A program made the translations under genes and the position numbers. A stretch of 64,000 nt of DNA from Candidatus Poribacteria bacterium (lineage in GTDB: Bacteria > Poribacteria > WGA-4E > GCA-2687025): assembly GCA_963665845.2 (NCBI GenBank), contig OY762492.1:3744001-3808000 (forward strand), given 5' to 3'. The notes beneath the pieces are model-generated. The model was not told the DNA's origin. It worked only from the letters and a program-made list of their open reading frames with translations, and made no database searches. Below are positions 1 to 9,691 of this stretch, piece after piece (positions within the stretch are counted from its first letter, which is position 1; each line of letters begins with the position of its first letter).

Positions 1-458
1 GCGTCCAGCTCTCCGCGCCGAAAATAAGCGCGCCAGCCGTAAATCTCGCGCAGCGTCTCCTCATGAAAAAACGCGAGCAGGTCCTCATGCAGCGCGGCGT
101 CCTTTTCCGCGTCCGACGGCAGCTCCGCCTGTTTCAACCGCTCTTGGATCTCCGACAGCGCCGGCGGGTTCAAGCGCGGCGCCGCCAGAACCTTGCATAA
201 CGGGTTCGCATCGTTCCCGACGGCGCGGCATCGATGCAGCTGCGCCTCGATGAGCGTCGTCCCGCGCCCCATGAACGGGTCGTACACCGTCCCGCCCGAC
301 GCGCCATGCCGGCGGATAAAATAGGCGGGCAGCTGCGGCTTGAAACATGCCCTGTATGAAACCTCATGGATCGGATGTCCGGCGCGCTGTTTCGCCGTCC
401 AGAATTCGCCCGTCTCGGTCGGCAGGTTGTTTTGTTTGATTTCAAAGAGGCGCTGCAT
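1..458 (-). CDS. DNA methyltransferase (N4/N6 family), 5' part; runs off window start
   Basis: Not in ORF track. Manual translation from ATG 458: MQRLFEIKQNNLPTETGEFWTAKQRAGHPIHEVSYRACFKPQLPAYFIRRHGASGGTVYDPFMGRGTTLIEAQL; SAM-binding motif I DPFMGRGTT. Confidence 0.8.
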   Translation of the reverse strand, partial: MQRLFEIKQNNLPTETGEFWTAKQRAGHPIHEVSYRACFKPQLPAYFIRRHGASGGTVYDPFMGRGTTLIEAQLHRCRAVGNDANPLCKVLAAPRLNPPALSEIQERLKQAELPSDAEKDAALHEDLLAFFHEETLREIYGWRAYFRRGELD

Positions 459-482
459 GTTCTCTTTCCGTTCTTTTCTGCT

Positions 483-1211
483 TTAACCAAAAGCGGCGCG
501 CCAAACCGACGCCGCCGCCTCGGCGACCTCCGCGGGACGCTCATGCGGCAGATAATGCCCCGCGCCGCGAATCCACTCCCATCGGATATGCGGGTTCGGC
601 GGGACGCGCAGCGTCTCCCGCGTCGATGCGTTCCGCCCCATGTCTCCGTACGCCTCCAGAATCGGTATGTCCGCATTCTGGAGATAATCATACCCGTCGA
701 ACGCTTGTACCGATCTCCAAAAGCGTTTCCATATTTCCGGTTGAAACCGCCGGCGCGTCTCTTGAGATTTGCGCTGTATTTCGGCGACGGCGCTTTCGTC
801 CAGCGTACCGTAAAACCGCCCCTCGTCAAATGCGGAGCCTGCCGCGCTCAAGCTTGTCCATCCTTCAAACAGAGCCAGCCCGCGCGCGCGTTTGGAACGG
901 CGCGCCGCTTCGATGGCAACCATCCCGCCGAGGCTGTGTCCGGCGAGGACAAACTCTTCAATGCCAAGCAGGTCGGCGAGGCGGAGGGCGTCCTTTGCCA
1001 GGTCGGCTAAGGCGAACGGCGACGTCGGAACGGCGCTATTTCCATGACCGCGAAAATCCAGCGCGACGCAGCGGACAGACGGCGGCAGCCTCTCCATAAC
1101 AGCCGTCCAGTCGGACGCTTCGCAGCCCGTCCCATGCAGAAACAGCAAGGCGGCGCCGGTCCCGCCTGTGTCTATATAAGACGTATCGCCGAACGCGGCG
1201 CGCCGTATCAC
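483..1211 (-). CDS. alpha/beta fold hydrolase
   Basis: LLFLHG, LDFRGHG, nucleophile elbow GHSLGG, C-terminal GAGHYLPHE. Confidence 0.9.
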   Translation of the reverse strand: MIRRAAFGDTSYIDTGGTGAALLFLHGTGCEASDWTAVMERLPPSVRCVALDFRGHGNSAVPTSPFALADLAKDALRLADLLGIEEFVLAGHSLGGMVAIEAARRSKRARGLALFEGWTSLSAAGSAFDEGRFYGTLDESAVAEIQRKSQETRRRFQPEIWKRFWRSVQAFDGYDYLQNADIPILEAYGDMGRNASTRETLRVPPNPHIRWEWIRGAGHYLPHERPAEVAEAAASVWRAAFG

Positions 1212-2476
1212 CGCGCCGAACGTTCATGGATTGCCTCTGCCTGCGCGTTCACCTGCCGCATGCGCTCCGTCAGAACCTCCCATGGCTCGTCTTTGATGTT
1301 GACGACGCCGTAGTTGCCGTTCTCGCCGTCGAAGCGCCCTTCCGCCGGTTCGTCCGCATGCTCAAACCAGTGGTATCCGACAACATACGGCAGCCGCATC
1401 AGCGCTTTCACATACCGCTCGAATCCGTCGGCGCGGTCGTTCTGCGTCGGGACAGGGTCGCCGGCGCCGCGCGTGTTCGGCAAGCCCGAATCGACCGCCT
1501 TGAACGAAAACTCGGTCAGCATGAGCGGCGCGCCCGTCATCTCATAAATGCGCTCCAGCGTCTCAACGGGCGGCGCGTTTCCGTAATGGTTGTAGGAGAC
1601 GACATCCACATAACCGCGCATGCTCTCGATCACTTCGGGCATCGCGTATCCGCCGTGCCGGCAGCCGATGATGGCGTGATTCGGGTCATATTTGCGGATC
1701 GCTTCAGCGGCGGTTCGATAATAGGTTTGGGCGGTCAAACGCAGAAAAGCCGATTCCACCTTGGCGAGGCTGTCCGAGCTGGCGACCGAGTCGAGCGAGC
1801 CGAGAGCGTCAACCTTCTCCCAGCTTTCAAAGGAGGTTGCCCATGCGCCGTTCAGCGCCTCCAGCGATCCGCCGTAATGTTCGCGCGTGAAGTTGAGAAC
1901 GGTCTGGCGCCCGGCGGCTTCCGCAGGCAATTCCCAAAACGAACGGAAAAGCGTCTTCGGCGAGCGCCAGTCCGGCCCCCAGCGCAGTTCGTTGTCGGTG
2001 AAGTATCCAAGCAGGTTCGGATCGTCTTTGAGCGGGGCGCAGATCTCTTGGGCGCGTTTCTCCACCTTGCCGCGAAAATCGGGCGCGAAGACATCGGGGA
2101 AACGCCCCGTCCGCCAGTCGCCGCCCGTTTGAAAGACGATGTCGATGATCGGCGCATAGGCGATGCCGCGGACGCGCGTTTCAGGGTTTGACCAGGCGCC
2201 GGCGGTGTTGAACCCCCAGCCCTGCAGCCGTTCGACCGCCGCGTCCGCCCATGCGTCTATGGCGCCGTATTTCGCTTCCGCGTTTTTTTGGTACGGCGAA
2301 TAGCCGAGGGCGGGCGCATGGTCGGCGAGGTAGGAGATATGGTTGATGCCCTTGCTGATGAATCGCTCTCCGTCAGGGTCAAGCCACCACCAGACGCCGT
2401 CGATCTGCTGGACGCGGTAGAAGTTTGAGCCGTCGGCGGCGGCGGGAAGCAGGGAGGCGAGAAGCAGTATCGCCAT
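1208..2476 (-). CDS. secreted glycoside hydrolase, GH50/beta-agarase-like
   Basis: Signal peptide; WWWLDPDG, WGFNTAGAWS, LLGYFTDNEL, PLMLTEF, GYHWFEHADEP, DGENGNYG. Confidence 0.8.
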   Translation of the reverse strand: MAILLLASLLPAAADGSNFYRVQQIDGVWWWLDPDGERFISKGINHISYLADHAPALGYSPYQKNAEAKYGAIDAWADAAVERLQGWGFNTAGAWSNPETRVRGIAYAPIIDIVFQTGGDWRTGRFPDVFAPDFRGKVEKRAQEICAPLKDDPNLLGYFTDNELRWGPDWRSPKTLFRSFWELPAEAAGRQTVLNFTREHYGGSLEALNGAWATSFESWEKVDALGSLDSVASSDSLAKVESAFLRLTAQTYYRTAAEAIRKYDPNHAIIGCRHGGYAMPEVIESMRGYVDVVSYNHYGNAPPVETLERIYEMTGAPLMLTEFSFKAVDSGLPNTRGAGDPVPTQNDRADGFERYVKALMRLPYVVGYHWFEHADEPAEGRFDGENGNYGVVNIKDEPWEVLTERMRQVNAQAEAIHERSAR

Positions 2477-2539
2477 AGCGGTTCCTTTCAGGTTGCAGGT
2501 TCGGAAGATGTGTCTTTTAAGATTTCCGCGCCCCTTTCT

Positions 2540-2670
2540 GTCATTCCCGTGAAAACGGGAATCTTAGGCGCCCGTCTAAAACCCCCCTAGCCCCCCTTTT
2601 CAAGGGGGGAATCGGATGCCGCGCCCGTCTAAAACCCCCCTAGCCCCCTTTTCAAGGGGGGAATCGGACG
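2540..2670. repeat. REP cluster: GTCATTCCCG...CGGGAATCT palindrome plus two CCCCCTAGCCCCCTTTTCAAGGGGGGAATC copies
   Basis: Direct reading; both families recur throughout the window. Confidence 0.85.
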
Positions 2671-2705
2671 CGGCGCGCTTGCATTCTTCGCAGTGAAAAC
2701 ATACC

Positions 2706-3545
2706 ATGCGCCTCATGTTAGCGTTTCAATTGACAGCAGCCGCCCAGACCCCCGACCCTGTCTCATCCGGCGGCGAGATTCACCCCGCGCTGTACGCCGC
2801 CGCGGCTGTACTGTTTGCCGCTGTTCTCGGCGCCGCGTCGATACGCATTATACGCGATTACGAGCGGGCTGTCGTCTTTCGCCTTGGGCGCGTTATCGGC
2901 GCGAAGGGGCCGGGGCTTGTCCTGCTGATCCCGCTCATCGACCGCATGCGCAAGATTTCGCTGCGCGTTCAAACCTACGATGTGGCGCCGCAGGACATCG
3001 TCACAAGCGACACCGTTTCGGTGAAGGTGAACGGCGTTCTGCTGTTTCGCGTCGCCGATCCTGTCAAAGCGGCGGTGGAAGCGGCGGACTTTGTGGAAGC
3101 GACGGGTCTGCTGGCGCAGACGACGCTGCGCGCCGTGTTGAGCGGGGCGGAATTGGATGAGCTGCTTGCGGAGAGAGCGAGCCTAAACGAACAGCTGAAA
3201 TCGGCGCTGGAGGATCAGACCGCCGCCTGGGGCGTTGAGGCGCTCTCGATGGAGGTGAAGCATGTTGACCTGCCGGAAGGCATGCGGCGCGCGATGGCGA
3301 AACAGGCGGAAGCGGACCGCGAGCGTCAAGCGAAGATCGTCTCGGCGGAGGGGGAATACGAGGCGGCGGAGACGCTGCTTCAAGCCTCCCGCATCTTGAA
3401 AGATCACCCGCAGAGCCTGCAGCTGCGCTATTTTCAGACGCTGGTAGAGGTTGCGGCGGAGGAGCGGTCGCGGCTTCTGTTCCCGCTTCCGATCGATCTG
3501 ATGGAGCCGTTTCGGGCGGCTTTTGAGCCTGATTCGGAAGAATGA
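2706..3545 (+). CDS. SPFH/stomatin-like (slipin) membrane protein
   Basis: YERAVVFRLGR, GPGLVLLIP, LAQTTLRAVL, MAKQAEADRERQAK, LQLRYFQTL. Confidence 0.93.
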   Translation: MRLMLAFQLTAAAQTPDPVSSGGEIHPALYAAAAVLFAAVLGAASIRIIRDYERAVVFRLGRVIGAKGPGLVLLIPLIDRMRKISLRVQTYDVAPQDIVTSDTVSVKVNGVLLFRVADPVKAAVEAADFVEATGLLAQTTLRAVLSGAELDELLAERASLNEQLKSALEDQTAAWGVEALSMEVKHVDLPEGMRRAMAKQAEADRERQAKIVSAEGEYEAAETLLQASRILKDHPQSLQLRYFQTLVEVAAEERSRLLFPLPIDLMEPFRAAFEPDSEE

Positions 3546-5329
3546 ACGGCGTTTTTAACCGAAAAAAGCTGGACATCGCGCGCCTTTTTAATCGAAAAAA
3601 CCTGGCGCCAGCATGCCTTCTGCTAGCTGGAGTCGCCGCGTTTATCTGGAAGATGCGCATCGCCGGACCCATCGAATATGTCGGGCATGCGGACGCCTCC
3701 GGCTATGCCGAGATGGCCGACTCGATCTTGAAGGGGCGCGGGCTGGAGGTGGACTACATCTCATGGTATTTCCGCAAATACGAAAACATTGAGCGTCCTG
3801 AAGACCATTGGCCCCCGTTCTATTCGTTTCTGATACTCCCGTTTTTTCTGTTCATGGGAAAGACGGCGATCGCCGCGAAGCTCCCATCCATACTGATCTC
3901 CTGCTTTGCGTTTCCGTTGACGGTTTATGCGTTGACGCGGCGCCTTGCGCGGTCGCGGGCGGCGGCGTTTGCCGCCGGCATGACGATCCTTTTTTATACG
4001 CCGATGTTCGGCTGGTCGCTGCGCTGCCTGTCCGATGTGACCTTCGGGTGGCTCATCGCCGCCGCCGTTCTCGCTTTTTTAAAAGGAGAGGAGGAGCCGC
4101 GCTGGTACTGGACGGCGGGCGCGCTGCTCGCCGGCGCCTATTACGCGAAGGGGTCGACCATCGCGCTGCTGCCCGCGTTCGCTCTTTACTACCTGCTATG
4201 GCGGCTCCTGCGGAAACCTGAACGGAAATGGATTCCGCATGACCGCGGCGCCGCCATCGGGATGGCAATTTTTATCGCGCTGCTGTCGCCATGGGCGATT
4301 CGCAACATGATTCATTTTGGGCAGCCGCTCTATTCAACGCAGAACCATGCCGCGGGCTACATCGGCTGGAAGGCGTGGGAGGACGGGACATACGATCTAT
4401 ACTGGGGCGAAAAGGAGCCGCCCTCCGTTACGGATAAGTTCAAAGACCGCGAACGTCTTTTTGAAAAAAGCGGCGAGTTTTTTCAACGCCATTTTTGGTG
4501 GGTTTTCATGAATATCCATAAAAAATGGGGCGAGTTTGATACAAGCGATCTGTCCACCTATGCGGTCGGTTTTCTGGCGCTGTTCGGCATGCTTTTTTGG
4601 GTACTGTCGGCGGGTCTTGCGGCGGCGCGCCGTTTGAGGCGGGGAAAGGCGAAAGGCAATGCTCTGGACGGCATGGCGGCATGGACGAAGCCGTTTCGTC
4701 CGCTTCCGTTCGTTCTTTTCTTTTTCGTGTCGATGGCGCACATCGCCTTTCTGTCGATCTGCTGGCAGCCGATTAGCCGTCTCATGACGCCGGTCATCGC
4801 GCTTGCCGTCGCGTTTGGGTATGCGTTTCTGTTCAATGTTGTGGAGCGCGCGATGGAATCGCTTCGGCATCGCCGGCGGATTGCGGCGGGGGCGGCGCTG
4901 GCGCTGCTGGCGATCTGGGGCGCGCATGAAGCGGGCGATCTGAAAAACGCGCGCGAGAAAGCGGGCTACCCCTGGCGCGAATCGAGCCGAGGGTGGATGG
5001 AGGTCGGGCGGTGGATACAAGAGAACGCCCCCGGCTCCATCGCCATGACGCGCAACCCGTGGGAGCTGCATTTCTACTCTGAAGAAAAAGCGGTGCAGAT
5101 ACCGCTCGCGCCGCTTGACCGTATCATCGAAGTCGGCAAATATTACGGCGCGACGCATCTCATACCGGAACAACGGCGCCCGACCTTAGCGCCATGGTTG
5201 AGCGGCGAGATACCAGGCTTGACAAAACTAACCGAAGCGCACGGCGTGGAACTGTACGAGATCGACTATGAGGCTCTGCCTGAAACGTTGCCTGAACCTG
5301 CCGAATCGGATAATATGGACGCTCCATAA
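3542..5329 (+). CDS. GT-C fold membrane glycosyltransferase (ArnT/PMT, GT39/83-like)
   Basis: Multi-TM; ADASGY, HWPPFYSFL, PWAIRN motifs. Confidence 0.75.
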   Translation: MNGVFNRKKLDIARLFNRKNLAPACLLLAGVAAFIWKMRIAGPIEYVGHADASGYAEMADSILKGRGLEVDYISWYFRKYENIERPEDHWPPFYSFLILPFFLFMGKTAIAAKLPSILISCFAFPLTVYALTRRLARSRAAAFAAGMTILFYTPMFGWSLRCLSDVTFGWLIAAAVLAFLKGEEEPRWYWTAGALLAGAYYAKGSTIALLPAFALYYLLWRLLRKPERKWIPHDRGAAIGMAIFIALLSPWAIRNMIHFGQPLYSTQNHAAGYIGWKAWEDGTYDLYWGEKEPPSVTDKFKDRERLFEKSGEFFQRHFWWVFMNIHKKWGEFDTSDLSTYAVGFLALFGMLFWVLSAGLAAARRLRRGKAKGNALDGMAAWTKPFRPLPFVLFFFVSMAHIAFLSICWQPISRLMTPVIALAVAFGYAFLFNVVERAMESLRHRRRIAAGAALALLAIWGAHEAGDLKNAREKAGYPWRESSRGWMEVGRWIQENAPGSIAMTRNPWELHFYSEEKAVQIPLAPLDRIIEVGKYYGATHLIPEQRRPTLAPWLSGEIPGLTKLTEAHGVELYEIDYEALPETLPEPAESDNMDAP

Positions 5330-5346
5330 GCGAGTATGAAAGGCTA

Positions 5347-6279
5347 ATGATGAAACTGGTCAGCGTAAAAGAGAACGGGTCGATTCGCCTCGGCATCGAC
5401 ATGGACGGAAAATATGCGGACGCCGCGGCAACTTATGAGCGTCTGTTGAAGGAGAAGCCGCCGCGTTATCTGCGCCGCATGGACATTTTTTTGAAGCATG
5501 GCGACCGCGCGATGGACGCCGCCCGGCGCGTTGAGGAGGCGGCCCGTCAACATCCCGACGGCGCCGTATGGACGGACGGCTCGCTCGCGGCGCCTGTTCA
5601 TAACCCGCCGAAGCTGCTTTGTCTGGCGGGAAACTACGCGGAGCATATACGGGAAGGCGGCGGCGACGCTCTCGAAAAGGAGCGGACGACGCCGCGCGTC
5701 TTCATGAAACCGCCAACGACAACGATCATCGGCCCTGGCGAACCGATACGCATCCCAAAGACAGCGGGATGGATCGACTGGGAAGCGGAGCTGGCGGTCG
5801 TCATGGGAAAACGGGCGAAGCGCGTCTCCGCCGAGAAAGCGCTGGAGTACGTCGCCGGCTATACGATTGTGAACGACGTCTCCGAACGCGCGCTGACCTA
5901 TGAGCAGAACCGAGAGCCGCGCGAAGGCGACCGCTGGTTCGACTGGTTGAACGGCAAATGGTGCGACACCTTCGCGCCGCAGGGTCCCTGCTTGACGACC
6001 GCGGACGCCGTGCCGAACCCAGACGGGTTGGACATCCGGTTGTCGGTGAACGGCGCTTTGAAGCAGGACGCGAACACGAATCAGATGATCTACTCCTGCG
6101 CGGAGCTGATCGAGTGGACGTCGCGCCTCATCGCGCTGGAGCCGGGGGATGTGATCGCGACGGGGACGCCCGCCGGCGTCGGCCGTCCGCAGGGGGAACA
6201 GCTGCATTCAGGCGATGTTGTGGAGATTTATGTTGAGAAGATCGGAACGCTGACGAACCCTGTTTTGGACGAAGAATAA
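5347..6279 (+). CDS. fumarylacetoacetate hydrolase family protein
   Basis: GNYAEH, DWEAELAVVMG, NDVSER, GKWCDTFAPQGP, PGDVIATGTPAGVG. Confidence 0.93.
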   Translation: MMKLVSVKENGSIRLGIDMDGKYADAAATYERLLKEKPPRYLRRMDIFLKHGDRAMDAARRVEEAARQHPDGAVWTDGSLAAPVHNPPKLLCLAGNYAEHIREGGGDALEKERTTPRVFMKPPTTTIIGPGEPIRIPKTAGWIDWEAELAVVMGKRAKRVSAEKALEYVAGYTIVNDVSERALTYEQNREPREGDRWFDWLNGKWCDTFAPQGPCLTTADAVPNPDGLDIRLSVNGALKQDANTNQMIYSCAELIEWTSRLIALEPGDVIATGTPAGVGRPQGEQLHSGDVVEIYVEKIGTLTNPVLDEE

Positions 6280-6283
6280 AGCG

Positions 6284-6661
6284 ATGGGAGAGAACATGCC
6301 TGAAAAAAAGGCGCTCATACCGAAAGAGGACGCGCTGCTCATAAAGCTGCCGTTCTGCGACCTGTATTGGCATTGCCATGCGGACAACGCGCCGGCGGAG
6401 AATTTGTCGCTCGGGACAGCCGTATTCCCGCCGGGAGGAGCGCACGGTCCGCATCGGCACCCGAACGCGGAGGAGTTCATCTACGTTTTAAAGGGAGAGT
6501 CGATACAGACGCTGGAGGATCAGACGTTCGAGATGCGCCCTGGGGACTGCGTCCATATTCCGCAAAACGCGGTTCATTCGACAACGAATGTCGGCGAGGG
6601 GGAATTGACGATACTGGTCGGGTTCAGCGCGGCGAGTCCTGAAGTGGTGGATGAGGAGTAG
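6284..6661 (+). CDS. cupin domain protein
   Basis: HRHPNAEEFIYVLKG ... PGDCVHIPQNAVH. Confidence 0.9.
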   Translation: MGENMPEKKALIPKEDALLIKLPFCDLYWHCHADNAPAENLSLGTAVFPPGGAHGPHRHPNAEEFIYVLKGESIQTLEDQTFEMRPGDCVHIPQNAVHSTTNVGEGELTILVGFSAASPEVVDEE

Positions 6662-6680
6662 CCGCTAGCAACTTCGGGCC

Positions 6681-6823
6681 GTCATTCCCGCGTAAGCGGG
6701 AATCTTAGCCGCCGTCCGCCCGCCGCGTACGGCGGAAACCCCCCCAGCCCCCCTTTTCAAGGGGGGAGTTTGAAACCGTCCGCGTTCGCCAGACGGAATG
6801 TCCCAGCTAAAGACGTAAGATCA
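6681..6823. repeat. REP cluster plus partial MITE end
   Basis: gtcattcccgcgtaagcgggaatct, ccccccagccccccttttcaagggggg, then atgtcccagctaaagacgtaagatca resembling the MITE right end. Confidence 0.75.
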
Positions 6824-6824
6824 A

Positions 6825-7109
6825 CTACCGCTGGATTTGCTCATTGATGTTTGCGTCGGAATGTTGAATCTGCTTGCGGCTCTGCTCCAAGATCAGGTCT
6901 GCCAGCTGGTCGCGGAGGGCGCGCATTTCCGCTTCCTCCTGTTCGCGCTTCTGTTCCGCCGCAAGCTTCTTTTCTTCCTGCCGATCCCTGTTCGCTTTTT
7001 TAGCTTTCCAAAAAGCCGCGCTGAAAAAACCGATGGAGAACAGCGCCAAGAGAATATTCTGCGCGAGAAACAGAACAAGCAAGAAATCTCCAAGATCGTC
7101 AAGAAACAT
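6825..7109 (-). CDS. small single-TM plus coiled-coil hypothetical protein
   Basis: MFLDDLGDFLLVLFLAQNILLALF... then charged heptads; overlaps upstream gene end. Confidence 0.6.
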   Translation of the reverse strand: MFLDDLGDFLLVLFLAQNILLALFSIGFFSAAFWKAKKANRDRQEEKKLAAEQKREQEEAEMRALRDQLADLILEQSRKQIQHSDANINEQIQR

Positions 7110-7398
7110 TTTTGCTTCTCCTGTCTGCAGTTTCGCCGCGTCGGTTGAGAACGGCGTCCATGCTCTGCTCTTGCTGGGCGGAGACAAGCATTTCGATCAT
7201 CTTCCGCATTTCCCGCATCTGCTCCTCTAACGCGCGTTCGCGTTCGCTCGGTTGATCAGTCTTCGGCGGCTCTTTCTTTTCCTTCACAATCTTTTTCCAT
7301 AAAAAGCGGTAGGTCGCCACGATGCCGATGATCGAAAAAACAGCGTTTTGCAGCAAAAAGATGGTGATCGCAATTATATATGCCGAATCGTCATACAC
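7099..7398 (-). CDS. small single-TM plus coiled-coil hypothetical protein
   Basis: MYDDSAYIIAITIFLLQNAVFSIIGIV... then ERERALEEQMREMRKMIEML. Confidence 0.6.
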   Translation of the reverse strand: MYDDSAYIIAITIFLLQNAVFSIIGIVATYRFLWKKIVKEKKEPPKTDQPSERERALEEQMREMRKMIEMLVSAQQEQSMDAVLNRRGETADRRSKNVS

Positions 7399-7478
7399 TG
7401 ATCAAGCCTTTCAGCGGCGGTCGGACAGGAACGGGCTTCCCTGCCTCATTGGAACCGTCAGTACTCCGCGCCCGCTAC

Positions 7479-7508
7479 AATATACAGCATTTGCCGGCGC
7501 AGCGTCAA
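7479..7508 (-). promoter_or_regulatory. putative sigma70 promoter
   Basis: TTGACG-N18-TATATT with TG immediately before the -10, upstream of the small gene pair. Confidence 0.45.
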
Positions 7509-7686
7509 CATGCCCGCCTGACCTCCAAAGAGATCGTCGTCAAAGGCAACCGTCCCAATCAGGCTCCTCCGCCGAACGAACGCCCCTGATTTAAGGGCAA
7601 CAAAAAGCGCGCGTTCTTCGTTTCAAATTAAACAGACGCGCAGGCGTCGTATAAACAAAGAGCGGCGAAGGCGGAGAAGGATACGC

Positions 7687-8952
7687 ATGGATAAGTTAGC
7701 GATACGCGGCGGAAACGCGCTGGAAGGCTCCATACAGATTAGCGGCTCCAAAAACGCAAGCCTGCCGATAGCGGTCGCGGCGGGCATCCTCGGCGCATCC
7801 GAAAGCCGCATCCATAACGTGCCGAACCTGCAGGACATACACACGCTCATGGGGGTGCTGCGCCATCTCGGCGTCGAGATCGAATACGCGGACGGAACGC
7901 TGCATGTCGGGTCGCCGCGGCCGCTGAGCGTGGAGGCGCCGTATGACCTGGTGCGGCGCATGCGCGCGTCGGTTTATGTTCTGGGTCCGCTGCTGGCGCG
8001 GTTCGGCAAGGCGCGGGTCTCGTTTCCCGGCGGCTGCGCCATCGGCGCCCGTCCGGTCGACCTGCACCTGCGCGGAATGGAAGCGCTCGGCGCCTCGATA
8101 CGGATTGAGCATGGGTATATTCTCGCCGAGGCGGATCGTCTGCGCGGGGCGCGGTTCAACCTGGAAGGTCCGCGCGGCGCCTCGGTCGGCGCGACGGCAA
8201 ACACGCTCATGGCGGCGGTCCTGGCGGAGGGGCATTCCGAAATACATTGCGCGGCGATGGAGCCGGAGATTGTCGACCTTGCCGATTTTTTGACGCGGAT
8301 GGGCGCCAAAATCGACGGCGCGGGAACGCCTGTTATCTCGGTCGAAGGCGTGAGCGAGCTGCGCGGAACCAACTACAACGCCCCTCCCGACCGCATTGAG
8401 GCGGCGTCTTACCTTGCCGCCGGCGCCATCACGCGCGGAAATGTGCGCATACTCGGCGCCGAGCGGAAACATATGGGCGCCGTCCTCGGCAAATTGACCG
8501 AAGCGGACATCTGGATCGACTGGACGGGCAACGACGCGCAGGTGACCGTTCCGAACGGCATCCGCTCCGTCGATGTGGAGACCGCCACCTACCCTGGCTT
8601 TCCGACCGACGCGCAGGCGCAGTATATGGCGCTGATGTGCCTCGCGGAGGGGCGGTGCGAAATCGCCGAGAACATTTTTACGGAGCGTTTCATGCATGCG
8701 CTGGAGCTGCAGCGCATGGGGGCGCAGATTGCGGTAACAGGCAGCCGCGCCGTTGTGACCGGCGTGGAGAGTCTCACGGGCGCGCCCGTCATGGCGTCCG
8801 ATCTGCGGGCGGGAATGGCGCTGGTGCTGGCGGGGCTTGCCGCTAAAGGCGAAACGGTCGTCTCAAGGGTGTACCATATCGACCGAGGGTACGAGCGGAT
8901 CGAAGAGAAGTTGGCGGCTGTCGGCGCCGATATTCGCCGCGTCCGAGATTAA
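7687..8952 (+). CDS. murA: UDP-N-acetylglucosamine 1-carboxyvinyltransferase
   Basis: SGSKNASLP, MRASVYVLGPLL, PGGCAIGARPVDLH, PDRIEA, YPGFPTD, SDLRAG, HIDRGYE. Confidence 0.98.
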   Translation: MDKLAIRGGNALEGSIQISGSKNASLPIAVAAGILGASESRIHNVPNLQDIHTLMGVLRHLGVEIEYADGTLHVGSPRPLSVEAPYDLVRRMRASVYVLGPLLARFGKARVSFPGGCAIGARPVDLHLRGMEALGASIRIEHGYILAEADRLRGARFNLEGPRGASVGATANTLMAAVLAEGHSEIHCAAMEPEIVDLADFLTRMGAKIDGAGTPVISVEGVSELRGTNYNAPPDRIEAASYLAAGAITRGNVRILGAERKHMGAVLGKLTEADIWIDWTGNDAQVTVPNGIRSVDVETATYPGFPTDAQAQYMALMCLAEGRCEIAENIFTERFMHALELQRMGAQIAVTGSRAVVTGVESLTGAPVMASDLRAGMALVLAGLAAKGETVVSRVYHIDRGYERIEEKLAAVGADIRRVRD

Positions 8953-8959
8953 CGCGGGC

Positions 8960-9634
8960 ATGGCGCAAAAACGGCTCCTCAAGTTTATCGCATTCGCCGC
9001 ATGCCTTGCGGCGGCTGCGCTGGCGTATGTACTGTCGCTGACGCCGATCGGCTGGGCGGCGGATTGGCTTCAGGGGCGGTATGAGTCGACGCCTGCATGG
9101 TTGATGTGGTTTTTCATCGGGCTGGAAACCTACGCCGCTACATTCATGATCCGCCTCCTCGGTATTAGCGCGGGTATGATCGCAGCAAAGGCGCTGCAAC
9201 TAATAAGCTCCGGCTCGAAATCGGACGGCAAGTTAACGATCGACATTGAGGTCGATTTCAAGAGCGAAGAGAGTCGTCTAGCCTCCCTCGTCCGCGCTCC
9301 GCTTCTGGAGACCGCCATTGATCAAGTACTGGTCATTCTGCTGCTTCGGCAGCTCGGCTTTGGAATGGAGGCGCAGATTGCGGCGTCGGCGGTTCTGTTT
9401 GTTTTCTTTCATTTTATGACGGTGTCGATCCCTTCGGGGTTCATGTCCATGTCGGGCGGTCTCTATTACGGTTTCACATGCGCGCATTGGATGCGGACAT
9501 CGCTTTGGAAGGCGTTTTGGGTAACGGCGGCAGCCCATGCGCTGCACAATGCGATGTGTCAACTGGAAAGCATTTGGCTGCCTAAGTTGGCGGGCAAGCT
9601 GTTTCCCAAGAAGAAAGACGATGAGCTGCCGTAG
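8960..9634 (+). CDS. CPBP/Abi-family intramembrane protease-like protein
   Basis: APLLET, FVFFH, AHALHN motifs; multi-TM; ATG 8960 just after murA. Confidence 0.65.
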   Translation: MAQKRLLKFIAFAACLAAAALAYVLSLTPIGWAADWLQGRYESTPAWLMWFFIGLETYAATFMIRLLGISAGMIAAKALQLISSGSKSDGKLTIDIEVDFKSEESRLASLVRAPLLETAIDQVLVILLLRQLGFGMEAQIAASAVLFVFFHFMTVSIPSGFMSMSGGLYYGFTCAHWMRTSLWKAFWVTAAAHALHNAMCQLESIWLPKLAGKLFPKKKDDELP

Positions 9635-9691
9635 ATTTTCATCCGCCGAGAAAGCGGACGCGCCCATCGGCGCGATGTTTAAGAAAAAAGA

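Noticed and set aside
7400-7686. Possible ncRNA or riboswitch in the divergent intergenic region
   Set aside because: No recognisable family motif; promoter sequences are a sufficient explanation.
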